A stretch of DNA of 64,000 nt from Candidatus Dadabacteria bacterium (GTDB lineage: Bacteria > Desulfobacterota_D > UBA1144 > Nemesobacterales > CSP1-2): positions 96,001-160,000 of the forward strand of contig CAWDVW010000002.1 in assembly GCA_963805855.1 (NCBI GenBank), given 5' to 3'. The notes beneath the pieces were generated by a model. That model was not told where the DNA came from. It made no database searches and was given only the letters and a program-made list of their open reading frames with translations. Positions 21,155 to 30,425 of the stretch are shown here, piece after piece (positions within the stretch are counted from its first letter, which is position 1; each line of letters opens with the position of its first letter). The position numbers were made by a program, and so were the translations under genes.

Positions 21155-21268
21155 TACGGTTCCCTCCTTATTTTTTTCCTTTTAATTATAAGAAGGGAAC
21201 CGTTGTACCTAACCCCTTTTTAACATAATTCCTCAGTGTGAACGACTTCATTTGTTGCATTATTAATT

Positions 21269-21294
21269 GATAGGCAGGGTTTTCTAACCCCGCT
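21269..21294. repeat. Short REP-like hairpin, copy 1
   Basis: GATAGGCAGGGTTTTCTAACCCCGCT, 24/26 identical to 55769-55794. Confidence 0.8.
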
Positions 21295-21370
21295 CCCAGC
21301 CTGACCCGCAGTTCGGCGAGAATCGTATTTTGATGCCTGATCGGGGAACAGGCACTACACTCACTTAAAT

Positions 21371-22642
21371 TTATGAATTTTCGTCTTTTTCAGTTTTAAT
21401 TAGTTTCAATGCTTCATCACCCTCTTCGGGGGCAATCGGCAATCCTTGTTTGATTCTGGCATTTTCTATCTTTTCCAATGGGCTTTCGAGCTGCCTCCTT
21501 CGAGTGGTCATAAGGTTCTCGTATTCCTTCAAAGCATCCCCGATCCTCTTACCAAGCATTTCTAGTCGATAAAGGAATTCATCCCACTGTTTCTTGAAAC
21601 GCCCAAATAGGGATAGCAATTCCGCAGATGTTCTCTCAAGGGCAAAATTATCAACAGCCTGTCTGATGACTGCTAAAACAGTGATAAAATTAATCGGGGA
21701 GCAGAGTACGACCTTATTTCTTAAAGCGTTATCAAAAATCGTGCTATCCTGCTCATGGATAAAACCATAGATCTGCTCATTGGGAATAAATAGGATCACG
21801 CAGTCGACAGTGTTTTGTTCAGGATCAATATACTCGCGGGTTGTCACTTCTTTGATCCGCGCCCTCACATCTCTTAAGAAATCATTTCTGAATTTTAATC
21901 TTTCAGTGTCTGACGCTGCTTCTAAAAACTTCATGTAGTTATCTAAAGGGAATTTAACATCCATGTTAAGTCTCAGGCCCCTGGGCAAAAGGAAGGTGAA
22001 ATCCGGTCTCGATCCCCCACCCTCTATGGACTTTTGCTTTAAATAATTAACATTCTCGATAAAGCCCGCTAAATTTAACACGTCCTCCGCCATACGCTCA
22101 CCCCATTGGCCCCTTGCCTTTGAACTGGCAAGCGCCTCACGAATTGTACTTGTCACTTTCATTAATGAAGTAGTCTGCTCACTTGCCGTTTTTAGCTGAC
22201 TGGCGAGCTCACCAAACTTCTCAACCCGATCCTTCTCGAGATCCTTCATCAGCGTCGAAACATTTTCAAGCTCCTTTGACATACGTTGCAATTGCTGATC
22301 GATCAATCCTTTCTTCGCATCCAATTCCTTAACAGTCGTCTCGCGTTCAGGCTCCAATGTCGCCTTGGCTAATTTCAGGAATTCTTCGGTCGATTTCGAC
22401 AATGCATCTAAAGATAAACTGCCAAAACTAGCCTTTATATTTTCGATAACAGTATTCAAGTTCTCCCGTCGTTGACCCTCACTTTCAGCATACAGCTCTT
22501 CCGCGAGTTCCTTTCCAGTCTTAGCCTGTATCACCCTCAGAATTAAGGCTAGGCCAAAACCTATAAGAATGCCGACTACAACCGCAATAAGGATTGGTAG
22601 CCAATTAATAAGATCTCCAGATAACTTAGCTACATCTAGCAT
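21371..22642 (-). CDS. rmuC: DNA recombination protein RmuC
   Basis: N-terminal TM helix, coiled coil, RGQWGE, RPD..LP...MDVKFP, LFIPNE. Confidence 0.93.
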   Translation of the reverse strand: MLDVAKLSGDLINWLPILIAVVVGILIGFGLALILRVIQAKTGKELAEELYAESEGQRRENLNTVIENIKASFGSLSLDALSKSTEEFLKLAKATLEPERETTVKELDAKKGLIDQQLQRMSKELENVSTLMKDLEKDRVEKFGELASQLKTASEQTTSLMKVTSTIREALASSKARGQWGERMAEDVLNLAGFIENVNYLKQKSIEGGGSRPDFTFLLPRGLRLNMDVKFPLDNYMKFLEAASDTERLKFRNDFLRDVRARIKEVTTREYIDPEQNTVDCVILFIPNEQIYGFIHEQDSTIFDNALRNKVVLCSPINFITVLAVIRQAVDNFALERTSAELLSLFGRFKKQWDEFLYRLEMLGKRIGDALKEYENLMTTRRRQLESPLEKIENARIKQGLPIAPEEGDEALKLIKTEKDENS

Positions 22643-22737
22643 TTAGCCACTTTCTAAAAATAAGTTATTTCTCACAAAAAAGGGTAATTAATCAATTCAA
22701 CCCAATGTAAAGATTTAGAGTTTTAGGAATATTTATA

Positions 22738-23271
22738 TCAGGCTGACGCTAGTGGAAAACCAAAAACCCGAAATAGCAATAGGACCACCAACAATTGAAT
22801 AATCCAGCCTATGACACAGACCCCCACAGCCCTTAAAGTACTCTTGTAATCCAGGGCCTGCCTAACCGCTATAACCATTGCGACAAGCATCCATATTCCT
22901 CCTATAGCAAACACGATCGTTCCTATCAATGGTATGATACCCAATACCCTTATAAGGCCAGGAGAACTAGCGAATCCAATGGTTCTAAGAAGCTCACCAT
23001 AGTCAGATTTCGTCTCCGGTTCCGGCATTAATCTGGTGCCGATATAGAAGGTTAGAAACGCCCATACAAGCCAACCAATAAGTGCGGCGACGGTCACGAA
23101 CACCAAACCGGAAATCCCATTGGTACCAATGGACCCAATACCAGCAGCAACGCTTGACAGAATAACAACGGTTGCCGCCTGCCCCATAGAATCCTTATCG
23201 GCCTCTACTTCTTCGTAAATATTAGGGTCCAACAGGGCAGATTTTATTATACGATCCTTAAAACTAGACAT
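22738..23271 (-). CDS. Yip1-family membrane protein
   Basis: Five hydrophobic segments, YEEVEAD, LLRTIGFASSPG, AVRQALDY; start at MSSF after AGGAGG. Confidence 0.75.
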   Translation of the reverse strand: MSSFKDRIIKSALLDPNIYEEVEADKDSMGQAATVVILSSVAAGIGSIGTNGISGLVFVTVAALIGWLVWAFLTFYIGTRLMPEPETKSDYGELLRTIGFASSPGLIRVLGIIPLIGTIVFAIGGIWMLVAMVIAVRQALDYKSTLRAVGVCVIGWIIQLLVVLLLFRVFGFPLASA

Positions 23272-23525
23272 TCGGTCACCCTCCTTTAATATCAATCTTC
23301 CTCTAAGGAAATTATATTATTTTCAATATTAAAACAAGAACTTATACTAAGAATGACGCAGAGTTTGAGTAATTAATCATTGAATGAATCACAAAAAGTA
23401 TTTACAAATTGCAAGCGTCACTTTAATATGAATTCTACAATGTCGGCCAATCTGTGTCCAGTAAAACGATCGATTTTATGGCAGTCCCTTTTGCTAAAGA
23501 AGGCATCGTCTGAATGGATAGCACC

Positions 23526-25157
23526 TTAATTAGTTTTGCGAAACAATCTATTATTTTCCCTTAACAAGTTCAACACCGGGGGGAAAATTTCTTTTTTATA
23601 TCCACTCATCAATGAAATCTGAATCCAGTTCCTTTTCATTAGGTACCGACTTCTGTAGCTTAAAAGATATCCTTTCTCTTCGAGAAGTCGCCCCAAGTTC
23701 TCTGAACTAATCCAACGTGGCAAATCGATAGTAATCAGGGCAGGAGAGGAATGCTCATCCGCGGCTAAAATATTGAAACCAATCTTTCGTAACTCACCTC
23801 TAAGCCAAGATGAGATTTTTTCTAATTCTCTGTATCTATCTTCTGAGTCGAATCTCTCGAGTGCTTTCTTAAGCGCGGATATCAAGTTCGAAGATATTGT
23901 AAAAGGAATACCTTCTGAAATTGAATATAGGCCAATGTCAAGGTATCTCGGTATGTCTTTCGAAAGTGGGAGTATCTCGTGATTATAAAAAACCATCGAC
24001 AAGCCCGGGAAAGCCCCGAGTCCTTTCCCACTGACTCCTGATGCAAGGTAAATACCATTTAGATCGATCGGTATCGTTCCTATGGAGCTAACGCAATCCA
24101 AACAGAGACGTATACCCCTATCGAGGCATAGTGATTTCAACATCTCTAAATCATTTAGAATCCCTGTTGATGTCTCACAGTGGACAGCCCATAACCACTG
24201 GATATCGGGCTCTTGATCCAACAATCTAAAAATTTGATCGCGATCGAAAGCCATTCCCCAGTCAATCTCAAGAGTCCTGAAATGAAGCCCAAACCGACGC
24301 GCATGATCTATTAACCTGTTTCCGAATTCACCATTACTAAGAACCAAACCCGTCTTCAAATTTGAAGACAACTGTGCAGCTATACAATCATTTGCAAGAG
24401 AACCAGACCCCATAAGTATTTCAACGCTACGAGAATGTACTAGGCCGCAAAGAAGGTCCTTCGTTTGTTTAAAATCTTTCACGAAGCTCTCTGAACGATG
24501 TGAAACAGGAATCTCATTAAAGGATTCATGTACAACCTGATCTATATGAACCGGACCCGGAAGTAAATTGACTAAACTCTCGCTTAAGGAATTTTCACGA
24601 AAATCGTCAGAAAAGAGTCTAGTCCGGTTCCTAAATTCTTTATATGCATTAAAAGTGATGTACATGGGTTGAAACATGGCTACATCATTCCCGACCAGCG
24701 GACCAAACGGAACGAAACCGAGATGCTTATAAAGCTTCATTTGATTTAATGTTGCCGAAATAATAGCTAAATCGTATCCATGGGTCTGGACCTCCTCGAT
24801 CAAGGTAGTGAGCAAACCTTTCAGAACATGCCCTCTTCGGTATCCCTTTTCTATCGATAACAATCGAATTTCAACCATAGAACTGCATTCTGGAAGGTAA
24901 GAATCAAGATTCTTCAACTTTTGATCAAGCGAAAAAGGTCTCCTATCCTTGATGGAAACCATAGCTATAAGCCTGTTATCACGCAGACAGATGATGTATT
25001 TATTGTCTCGATGGAATTTGTCTATCAGAGTTCTTTCAGGATTTGCTTCATGCTGCGGTATTTCTTCCACAAAAGTTCTGTAGTTGAGTTTATGTATTTG
25101 CTCAAACTCCCATTCTTCGGTTGCGATCCTGAATATAAGGTGAGGTCTTGGAATCAT
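23526..25157 (-). CDS. Fusion: N-terminal GNAT-type acyltransferase + class V PLP-dependent aminotransferase
   Basis: N-terminal EIRLLSIEKGYR..LYKHLGF..FG (GNAT); C-terminal LLPGP, NGEFG.R, HCETSTG, DCVSS, SGKGL (PLP lysine). Confidence 0.82.
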   Translation of the reverse strand: MIPRPHLIFRIATEEWEFEQIHKLNYRTFVEEIPQHEANPERTLIDKFHRDNKYIICLRDNRLIAMVSIKDRRPFSLDQKLKNLDSYLPECSSMVEIRLLSIEKGYRRGHVLKGLLTTLIEEVQTHGYDLAIISATLNQMKLYKHLGFVPFGPLVGNDVAMFQPMYITFNAYKEFRNRTRLFSDDFRENSLSESLVNLLPGPVHIDQVVHESFNEIPVSHRSESFVKDFKQTKDLLCGLVHSRSVEILMGSGSLANDCIAAQLSSNLKTGLVLSNGEFGNRLIDHARRFGLHFRTLEIDWGMAFDRDQIFRLLDQEPDIQWLWAVHCETSTGILNDLEMLKSLCLDRGIRLCLDCVSSIGTIPIDLNGIYLASGVSGKGLGAFPGLSMVFYNHEILPLSKDIPRYLDIGLYSISEGIPFTISSNLISALKKALERFDSEDRYRELEKISSWLRGELRKIGFNILAADEHSSPALITIDLPRWISSENLGRLLEEKGYLLSYRSRYLMKRNWIQISLMSGYKKEIFPPVLNLLRENNRLFRKTN

Positions 25158-25181
25158 CTCATAAACATTTCGTAATGGAAT

Positions 25182-25640
25182 TTAGAGAAATCTATTTCTT
25201 ATATCAGCAGAAGGGATGAAACATTCTTTCTTTTTTCCAAACCATCTGTATCTGTTCCGAGCGACTATATTATAAATAAAATCCCTTATTGGAGCAGGTA
25301 TTATAATCAATAGGTATACCAGTGGCCACAGCCCCTTCAACTTCTTACAAAGGCGCAGTACCGCCGTCGACCTTAAGAAAAATCTATCTCCCTCGATCAG
25401 AACAAAGGAATCAAAATCGTCAGTTGAAAGACCAAATTTATTTAAAAAAAACTGGCCAGCGTCGGACTGCAGGGATGTAAATCTGAATATTCCATCCGGA
25501 TCCCCTGAAATGGCGAATCTCACCACCGAGCTGCAGAAGTTGCAAACCCCATCAAACAAAACAATAGGGTTAGGCGCGACCTCTTTGTTCTGGTATCCGT
25601 TGGTTCGAATTTCTTGCATTTGGTTTAGGCAATACCACAA
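25182..25640 (-). CDS. DCC1-like thiol-disulfide oxidoreductase (DUF393)
   Basis: VLFDGVCNFC (DxxCxxC), F.SLQS, RD..Y..VARNRYRWFG; true start probably downstream of 25640. Confidence 0.88.
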   Translation of the reverse strand: MWYCLNQMQEIRTNGYQNKEVAPNPIVLFDGVCNFCSSVVRFAISGDPDGIFRFTSLQSDAGQFFLNKFGLSTDDFDSFVLIEGDRFFLRSTAVLRLCKKLKGLWPLVYLLIIIPAPIRDFIYNIVARNRYRWFGKKKECFIPSADIRNRFL

Positions 25641-25826
25641 ATAGTTATCTTATCAGCTGAATTAATAAATAAATAAACCATTAATTACTGAGGCCAGGAA
25701 ATAAAATGCTCATGCAATAGGTATCAAGTAGAAACTGACCGACCCCATGTTACGTGCTCCAGATCATCATAATTATTCTAACACAACATTCGAACTAACT
25801 GCTTCGCGGAAAAGTGCACCCTAAAC

Positions 25827-26600
25827 TTATTGAACAAATTTATAAAACCCTTGAGTATCAGGAAGTTTAATATTTAACTGTGAAGAGTAATCTACATCGG
25901 CCTTCACATCCTGCGTCTTGCACTCGAGCACGTGCCCGCCCGCTTTTCTATCATCAGTAATAAAGTGAAAATGGTAGCCCGGAACATTTAGTCCGTTAAT
26001 GTACGAGGGGAATCGAAAGCCCACAAGAGTGCCCTTTACGGAACGAAGCTCAAATGAGGTTTCTCCATTCAGAGCTTGGACAAGTGAAGGAAATGGTTCA
26101 TGCTGCTCAGAAATACTACGGGCCTTAACGTTTTCAAATAACCCCGAAACCTTTATTGCATAAAAAATATTTTTCGTTGGAAGAAATTTATCTATGACTT
26201 TCTCTAGTGTGTCGCAATCTAAAGGACTTCTTACATTAATCCTCCTATCTGTATCGAAGTATGTGACCACTGAAAACGGCGTTTTCATTGTATCCTTCAC
26301 TGGATATGCTATCCCATCATCCCTTATTTGATATACCTTACCATCCAGTTCGACCATCTCTCCATCGAGTTTATTAAAGGTTCCTAAGCCAAAGTCCCCG
26401 TTTTTCTTTAACTCTCCGACAGATAAATTTCCCTCGAATCCACCCTCCGAAAGAGCGGTAATTGTTGAAGCTTGAAATATTGTATCTTTATCTCTATGGA
26501 TATTTTTCTCGCCGTCACTCGAACAACCATAACATACTGAAATAATCACTATTACTAATGAAACTACTCGACTAGATAACTTGTCCAATGCGCCATTCAC
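25827..26600 (-). CDS. budA: Alpha-acetolactate decarboxylase with N-terminal hydrophobic leader
   Basis: GDFGLGTF..LDGEM, TPF, GTLVGF..P, GYHFHF, GGHV zinc-site motifs. Confidence 0.9.
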   Translation of the reverse strand: MNGALDKLSSRVVSLVIVIISVCYGCSSDGEKNIHRDKDTIFQASTITALSEGGFEGNLSVGELKKNGDFGLGTFNKLDGEMVELDGKVYQIRDDGIAYPVKDTMKTPFSVVTYFDTDRRINVRSPLDCDTLEKVIDKFLPTKNIFYAIKVSGLFENVKARSISEQHEPFPSLVQALNGETSFELRSVKGTLVGFRFPSYINGLNVPGYHFHFITDDRKAGGHVLECKTQDVKADVDYSSQLNIKLPDTQGFYKFVQ

Positions 26601-26628
26601 ATTATTTTAAAATGTTTCGTTACTAAGC

Positions 26629-27246
26629 CTAATCTTCTATTCTCTCCACAATATTTCTGATGTGCTTCTCTATTCCGGAAAGGTAGTCAAGCATTGCTAG
26701 ATAAGACGAAGAAGCCTTGGGCATACACACACCTTCGATCATACGATCGTAATGGGATAGGGAATATTCGCCTATAATTTCTTGAAATTTTCTCCCTTCC
26801 TCTCTGACGTTAACTAACTTTTCCTTATCATTTGTTTTCAATGCATCGCCAGCGGATTGAAGGATCTCAATAACCTGATCAAACAATGTGTTTATCTCTT
26901 TAATTGCCCTGTCACTAAAGCATACGCCCTCTTTTATGATTGTTGAACTGCATCTTGAAAGCAGCTCAATATTGTCTCCAATTCTCTCAAGGTGAGATGG
27001 AATATGACCCATGCCTATGTGATCATTCACATCCTCTCCACTGGAATATCTTGTCATTATTGACTGTGTGAGGATCTTTTCTTGTTCATGCAGCTCCTTA
27101 CCAATCTTCTCAGCCTTATAAAGTAGTTCTTCATCCAGCTTTTTGAACCCTTCCCAGCTAAATACAAACATCTCCTTAGCTAGGTCGAACATTCTTGAAA
27201 TCTCTTTATCAATATCGACATCTGATAATGTAGCCTCTTTTTCCAT
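26629..27246 (-). CDS. PhoU-domain protein
   Basis: Helical protein with HLERIGDNIE, FSDRA..EI, H..R...G.C; resembles the PhoU-like tail of Na/Pi cotransporters. Confidence 0.75.
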   Translation of the reverse strand: MEKEATLSDVDIDKEISRMFDLAKEMFVFSWEGFKKLDEELLYKAEKIGKELHEQEKILTQSIMTRYSSGEDVNDHIGMGHIPSHLERIGDNIELLSRCSSTIIKEGVCFSDRAIKEINTLFDQVIEILQSAGDALKTNDKEKLVNVREEGRKFQEIIGEYSLSHYDRMIEGVCMPKASSSYLAMLDYLSGIEKHIRNIVERIED

Positions 27247-27358
27247 TGATTCTCCCCTCCTACTATGGATGTGTAGGAAAACCGTACCTGAATTATTATT
27301 ACACCAAACAATTTGGAATGTAAGTAGTTAGATACACAAAGATCATCACTTTTTACGA

Positions 27359-27763
27359 ATAACCGTGCAACAAGCTGCCGGGTATCTTTAAATTAAAATA
27401 GTCCTTGTAGGCATTTGTGAGGAGCCCTGAGCTCAGCCGAGGGAGGCGAAGCAACAAAAAAGAAAAAAACGAGATCGCTACGCGAAGCCTGAACTGAGTC
27501 AATCTAAGTGCTCGCGATGTGTAGATGTTAGATATTTCGTGGACAAAATCCAAAAAATAATAAAATTCCTGGAAATTTACTCATCCGTCATCCTCGAATG
27601 TCATTATCGGGGATCCATGGTTTAATTTTTTATTTTCTTTGTCTTGATACAAAGAAACAAAAATCAAGGGCTTACAAAAAACGCTTGCGTATCGAGCGAA
27701 TGCGAGATATCTATTGCTATAATTAATTAGTTCCCTCAGTCACTTTGTTCCTTCGAGATGACA
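27359..27763. repeat. Intergenic patch of several different degenerate palindromic repeats
   Basis: CGAAGCAAC..GAGATCGCTACG..CTCGCGATG, GTCATCCTCGA..TCGGGGATCCA, TTTCTTTGTCTTGATACAAAGAAA, TCGAGCGAATGCGAGATATCT..TTCGAGATGAC; no credible ORF. Confidence 0.65.
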
Positions 27764-27962
27764 GTAATGATTGTCACTTTTTTTAACGCTTCCGGAATTG
27801 ATTTTGGCAATTTTTTGAATGCCCATTTAAAATCTAAGATACTTTCCCCGAATTATCTAACATCTAAAGCGACAGGTACGAACAAATTGTTTTGCGGAGT
27901 TAACACCGATTTATAGAATAATTACAAATAATTTCGTAAATGATTAACGGCAGGTCCAAAAT

Positions 27963-28781
27963 TCAGTCGACTCGTACCAGCTTGATCTCATATATCTTTG
28001 GCCATAGCTTTCCGGTCACAAACAATCGATCACCCTTATCGTCGTAAGCAATTCCATTTAAAACTTGATCGCCTCTCCTGGAACCGAAATCATCGGAGAG
28101 GCCTCTCAAATCTATCCATCCCATTACTTTTCCGCTCTCGGGTGATATCCTTGCGATAATGTCAGTCAACCAGACATTCGCATATATCTCGCCGTTAACA
28201 TATTCCAATTCATTTAGTCTGGTAACCGGTCGGCCTTCATATGTCACCTTTATCCTATTTAACTCATTATGTGTTATTGGATCCAGAAAGTATAAGGTGT
28301 CTGAGCCATCACTCATTATTAAGTACTTACCATCATCCGTAATACCCCAACCCTCAGTCGTATAGCTAAACTTATTAACTAGTGAAAATTTTTCTTTATC
28401 ATATACAAAACCAACATTTGATCTCCAGGTCAATTGAGTTATCTTGTCGCCATGAATTGTCAGTCCTTCGCCGAAATAACGATTTGGCAAATTATGACTC
28501 TTCAATATACGACCGGTTTCCAGCTCGACCTTTCGTAGTGACGACCTTCCGTGCAAACCCGTTCCTTCATACATAAATCCATCTTCGTATACCAATCCCT
28601 GGGTAAAGGCTTCGGGATCATGCGGATACGAATTAACTATCTTATACCCGTAAACCGGGACGTCATCGGTGGACTCATTTTTATTCGAACCTGCAATGCC
28701 TACCGACCCACGAATGTTTGAGAAAGAACAGAAAAAGAATCCAAGTGTTATTAATCCAATCAATGAAAAAGGGCGATTCAT
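27963..28781 (-). CDS. Glutaminyl-peptide cyclotransferase (beta-propeller type), exported
   Basis: YPHD..AFTQGL, EGTG, YFGEG, EGWG, SDGS, LNELE, NVW, VLNGIA, TGKLW; signal-like N-terminus. Confidence 0.93.
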   Translation of the reverse strand: MNRPFSLIGLITLGFFFCSFSNIRGSVGIAGSNKNESTDDVPVYGYKIVNSYPHDPEAFTQGLVYEDGFMYEGTGLHGRSSLRKVELETGRILKSHNLPNRYFGEGLTIHGDKITQLTWRSNVGFVYDKEKFSLVNKFSYTTEGWGITDDGKYLIMSDGSDTLYFLDPITHNELNRIKVTYEGRPVTRLNELEYVNGEIYANVWLTDIIARISPESGKVMGWIDLRGLSDDFGSRRGDQVLNGIAYDDKGDRLFVTGKLWPKIYEIKLVRVD

Positions 28782-28857
28782 GAAATTATTCCTAAAACGT
28801 TTTTCAACAGCCGATAGTAGACCGGGACTGGAAATAGTATAAAACTCCTTTGATTTT

Positions 28858-29391
28858 CTAACGAAGGGGAGCCCTCAGAAGGCTTATATCATCAACCCAG
28901 ACCGTACCCGAGCCGTCGATTACAAGATTTAGTTTTACATAATCTGGTTTTTCCCCTTTTTTCAAAAAGAATGGAGTCTCCTCAGTCGTCCAATCTGTTG
29001 TCCCTGTGAGCGGGGTTGTTAGTCCGCGGGAGAAAAATTCTCCCTTTCCTGGAAAGTGGCACCACATCTCCAGGTAGGCCTTTCCATCCACATTTTCTGT
29101 CTTGAGTTTAGCCCGATAAATAAGGGTCGCGCTCTCCACATCAATGTCATCAATCTCAAAAAGCCTCACTACGGTAGGTTTTGCGGCAGTAATTTTTAGA
29201 GAACCCTTTCCATCACTCGAAACTTTGCTGTCAATCTGCACCCCTGATTTCGTAATTACATCATCCAGTGTATCAATGGGAAATTGCTTTATCATTTTAA
29301 TTTCATCTGAAGAATTTGAATGACAGGAAATAAAGAGGGCTACCAATAAAAAAAACACAACGCGCTTGATTCTCACTGACTTATCCTCCAT
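28858..29391 (-). CDS. Putative lipoprotein with beta-sandwich (carbohydrate-binding-module-like) domain
   Basis: KR + hydrophobic stretch + FISC lipobox-like; GTTDW, GTVWVDDISL C-terminus. Confidence 0.6.
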   Translation of the reverse strand: MEDKSVRIKRVVFFLLVALFISCHSNSSDEIKMIKQFPIDTLDDVITKSGVQIDSKVSSDGKGSLKITAAKPTVVRLFEIDDIDVESATLIYRAKLKTENVDGKAYLEMWCHFPGKGEFFSRGLTTPLTGTTDWTTEETPFFLKKGEKPDYVKLNLVIDGSGTVWVDDISLLRAPLR

Positions 29392-29496
29392 TTCTCATGA
29401 ACCATCATCCATACATGATAGCTCTTCGATCTTTTATTGCAATGCTGTTTATGTTGAAGCGCCTCGAAGTCATTGCGTCGCGGTGGTTATCCCTGT

Positions 29497-30255
29497 TCAA
29501 CGGCGAGTTGCAGCAAATAATATTCTGCGATATGGGAAAAAAATCGGACCCTTCGGCCACTTCTCCAAAAGTCTTTTTCTGTATAATGCAGTAAAGCTTT
29601 CATGTATCTCCTTCGGCAAACGACCAAGATAAGGAACCAACACCGACCCGCGCATCCAATCTATAACGGCATCAACATCATTCAGAACATGAGGATATAC
29701 CTTTTCATAGATAACAATATTCGTTCCTCCATTTTTGAAAAGTAACTCAGCATACTCATTAATCGAGAGGACTGGAGAAGTTCTGACCCATCCTTTAAGC
29801 GCTTTTCTAAATGGTTCATACTCAGCTATCGCTTTGAGAAGTGTTTGAGTCGGATGATGATGGTTTGAAGGAACCTGGACGACTAGTTGGCCACCTATTT
29901 TTACCTTAGAGAATAGTCTTGTTACTAAATCATAATGGTTATCAATCCAATGCAGGGCTGAATTAGAGAAAATCAGATCCCACTGGCCTTCTATTCCATC
30001 TATTGAACATAGTTTAAAGCGCAGCCCAGGCCTTTCCCTTATCTTAGCCATTTGCAACATCTCTCTAGAAGAATCTATGCCAACCACACTGCTTCCTGGT
30101 AATTTATTTACCAACTTTTCCGTTATTTCACCAGTGCCGCAACCCAGATCTATAACGCTTATACCTTCCCGTATTTTCACCAGCTTTAATAGATCCCTAA
30201 ACGGCTCCATTCTCTGTTTTCGGAACTTATTGTAACAATCTGGATCCCATTTCAC
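29497..30255 (-). CDS. tam: Trans-aconitate 2-methyltransferase-like SAM methyltransferase
   Basis: W.P..Y..F...R..PF.DLL, DLGCGTG, GIDSS.EM, SNSALHW, Q.P.N. Confidence 0.8.
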   Translation of the reverse strand: MKWDPDCYNKFRKQRMEPFRDLLKLVKIREGISVIDLGCGTGEITEKLVNKLPGSSVVGIDSSREMLQMAKIRERPGLRFKLCSIDGIEGQWDLIFSNSALHWIDNHYDLVTRLFSKVKIGGQLVVQVPSNHHHPTQTLLKAIAEYEPFRKALKGWVRTSPVLSINEYAELLFKNGGTNIVIYEKVYPHVLNDVDAVIDWMRGSVLVPYLGRLPKEIHESFTALYRKRLLEKWPKGPIFFPYRRILFAATRR

Positions 30256-30425
30256 GTTTGCGTACCACTACTGTGTTTGGCAATTTTCTTCGGATAATAA
30301 GGGGGGCAGTCGGGACAATAAAAGAATTCTAACATTACCTCCATCAAAATCTGAAGCCCTCAATTGAACATTGATACGTGAAAATATGTGAAAAATACAC
30401 GTTGGATAAAAATTGATTAAATTCA

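Larger units (their letters stand above)
19810..21233 (-). mobile_element. Complete IS110-family insertion sequence, IS1111-type organisation
   Basis: CT core at both ends (19810-11, 21232-33); subterminal inverted repeats TTATGT-AAAAAG (19813-24) / CTTTTTAACATAA (21216-28); long non-coding region 3' of the recombinase; removing the element restores a repeat seen intact at 55802-55822. Confidence 0.92.

Noticed and set aside
19810-21233. Target-site duplication and terminal inverted repeats of a DDE-type IS
   Set aside because: Only a CT core is repeated and the inverted repeats are subterminal, as expected for IS110/IS1111.
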